A stretch of 64,000 nucleotides of DNA, taken from NCBI GenBank assembly GCA_966248215.1, contig CBIMYT010000007.1, positions 26,167-90,166 of the forward strand, given 5' to 3'. Below, piece after piece: positions 62,496 through 64,000 of this stretch. The position numbers and the translations under genes are program-made. Source of the DNA: an uncultured Methylophilus sp. (GTDB lineage: Bacteria; Pseudomonadota; Gammaproteobacteria; Burkholderiales; Methylophilaceae). The notes beneath the pieces are model-generated. The model saw nothing but the letters and a program-made list of their open reading frames with translations, was not told the DNA's origin and did not search any database. Numbering within the stretch: the first letter of the stretch is position 1; each line of letters begins with the position of its first letter.

Positions 62496-63770
62496 ATGAC
62501 GACCCAGCAAAAAACAACATGGAGACGTTTGCGAGCCTGCAGCGCCTGCGACATGGTCAGCGCCATTCCGGTATTGCGGCCAGGCGAGCATGCCAGTTGC
62601 CCTCGTTGCGGGCATATACTGGCCAGACGGCATTTACATCCGATCCAGCGCAGCATTGCCCTGGCCATCAGCGCCCTGCTCAGTTTGCTGATCGCGATTG
62701 CTTTCCCGTTTATCAGCATGGATACCAATGGACTGGATGCACAAATTGAACTGCCACAGACCGCTGCTACCCTGCTAGATGTGCATCAGCCCGTCGTCGC
62801 ACTGATCGTCAGCTGCACCGCCATCGTCCTGCCTGCCCTCTACCTGATCGGTGTTATCGTCATGCAGGCCAATATCCTGCGTACCGTGCCACGTGCCTAC
62901 AGCGATGTGATTGCCCGCCTGTTCTCACGCCTGCATCCGTGGATGATGGCAGACGTTTTCATGATTGCCGCCCTGGTAAGCCTGGTCAAACTGACAGAGA
63001 TTGGCGAAGTGCAACTCGGTATCTCATTCTGGGCCTATTGCGTATTTGCCGTGTTCTTGCTGATGACTACCCGCTCGGTGGATATCGACTGGTTATGGTT
63101 CCGGCTGGCAGGCGAACCGCCTGCGGATACCAGTCTCCGTTGCGGCATCAGTGCCGCTTCACAGCATGCTGCCGGATGTACCACGTGCGGACTGGTCAAT
63201 GTGCTGCCGATAAACGCTACAGAGTCCGGGCATACCTGCCGGCGCTGCGGCAGTACGCTGCATATGCGCAAACGAAACAGCCTGGAATTTACCTGGGCCC
63301 TGCTATTAACCGCAGCGATTCTCTATATCCCCGCCAATGCCTACCCAATGATGATCACCACCTCGCTGGGACAGACGCACGCTTCCACCATTATTGGCGG
63401 CATGCTGGAATTATGGCGACATGGCTCCGAGCCGATTGCGGTCGTTATTTTTGTGGCCAGCGTGCTGGTACCAGTGATTAAAATGCTGATACTGGTACTG
63501 TTATCCTGGCTGGCAAAACATCCCGGACCATTAAATGCACAGCAGAAAACCAGGCTTTACCGCCTGACCGAACTGATAGGCCGCTGGTCCATGGTGGATG
63601 TTTTTGTCGTGGCCATTATGGTGGCATTGATACAATCCGGTAACCTGATGTCGGTATTGCCCGGCCCGGCCGCCCTGGCTTTTTGTGCGGTCGTGATTAC
63701 TACCATGCTGGCCGCCATGACGTTTGACCCGCGTCTGCTCTGGGATACCCAAGGAAACACACATGACTGA
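62496..63770 (+). CDS. pqiA: Paraquat-inducible protein A (two PqiA repeats)
   Basis: Two CxxC ... CxxC zinc-ribbon-like motifs (CSACD ... CPRCG and CTTCG ... CRRCG), each followed by four TM helices. ATG at 62496 preferred over the longest ORF start at 62430. Confidence 0.85.
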   Translation: MTTQQKTTWRRLRACSACDMVSAIPVLRPGEHASCPRCGHILARRHLHPIQRSIALAISALLSLLIAIAFPFISMDTNGLDAQIELPQTAATLLDVHQPVVALIVSCTAIVLPALYLIGVIVMQANILRTVPRAYSDVIARLFSRLHPWMMADVFMIAALVSLVKLTEIGEVQLGISFWAYCVFAVFLLMTTRSVDIDWLWFRLAGEPPADTSLRCGISAASQHAAGCTTCGLVNVLPINATESGHTCRRCGSTLHMRKRNSLEFTWALLLTAAILYIPANAYPMMITTSLGQTHASTIIGGMLELWRHGSEPIAVVIFVASVLVPVIKMLILVLLSWLAKHPGPLNAQQKTRLYRLTELIGRWSMVDVFVVAIMVALIQSGNLMSVLPGPAALAFCAVVITTMLAAMTFDPRLLWDTQGNTHD

Positions 63771-64000
63771 TTCAAATAACCACCGTCCATTACTGGCCAA
63801 AGTTGGCAAACAGGCAAAACTGTCACCCATCTGGATAGTACCGATTGTCGCACTGCTCATCGGCCTGTGGCTGGCTTATGACAACTACACCAAAACCGGC
63901 AAGCAAATCACCTTGTCCATGACCAACGCCGAAGGCATTGAGGCCGGAAAAACCAAAATCAAGGTGCATAGTGTGGATATCGGCCAGGTCGAACAGGTCA
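63763..64000 (+). CDS. pqiB: PqiB/MCE-domain protein, N-terminal fragment (runs off right edge)
   Basis: Hand translation gives MTDSNNHRPLLAKVGKQAKLSPIWIVPIVALLIGLWLAYDNY ... GIEAGKTKIKVHSVDIGQV. The ATG overlaps the end of pqiA, and there is no stop before the window ends. Confidence 0.7.
   Translation, partial: MTDSNNHRPLLAKVGKQAKLSPIWIVPIVALLIGLWLAYDNYTKTGKQITLSMTNAEGIEAGKTKIKVHSVDIGQVEQV

Overview
This is a chromosomal window from a Gram-negative proteobacterium. Gene content and synteny look betaproteobacterial, and an mxaRSACKL-like cluster hints at a Methylophilaceae-type methylotroph, but that is inference only. I call about 60 protein genes and two tRNAs (Ser-CGA, Asn-GTT). I saw no rRNA, CRISPR array or transposase/IS element.

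Positions 1-48.2 kb and 58.1-64 kb are mostly core housekeeping:
- rne tail, crcB, glgA, orn, rsgA, thyA
- thrC-hom-alaA, fabAB, ygfZ
- ftsB-eno-kdsA-pyrG, smpB/ratA-rnfH
- guaBA, trpS, ybiT-like ABC-F
- a CpxP-like gene plus an OmpR/HK pair
- galU, uvrB, cytochrome bd (cydAB plus a small ORF missing from the track), pqiAB

Two regions stand out.
1. At 48.3-58.05 kb, two small, visibly A+T-richer integrative elements sit in tandem in the 3-prime end of tRNA-Asn.
   - Element A is about 5.5 kb. It has a large serine recombinase whose ORF reads into the tRNA, a 9-bp core repeat, a divergent Rep_trans-like gene, small ORFs, and a C5-methyltransferase plus candidate endonuclease.
   - Element B is about 4.1 kb. 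It has a rep/HTH/tyrosine-integrase operon, a structured noncoding region, and an orphan SAM methyltransferase.
   - The whole region is bounded by a perfect 49-bp direct repeat of the tRNA 3-prime half. A diverged copy of the tRNA terminator lies at the A/B joint.
2. At 14.7-21.3 kb there is a seven-gene MoxR / DUF58 / vWA cluster. It resembles the mxaRSACKL methanol-dehydrogenase accessory genes and Bat operons, has a tandemly duplicated last gene, and has no dehydrogenase structural gene in the window.

The ORF track uses the longest ORFs with alternative start codons, so several starts were trimmed by eye and remain uncertain. All functional calls rest on motifs and remembered family resemblance, not on searches.
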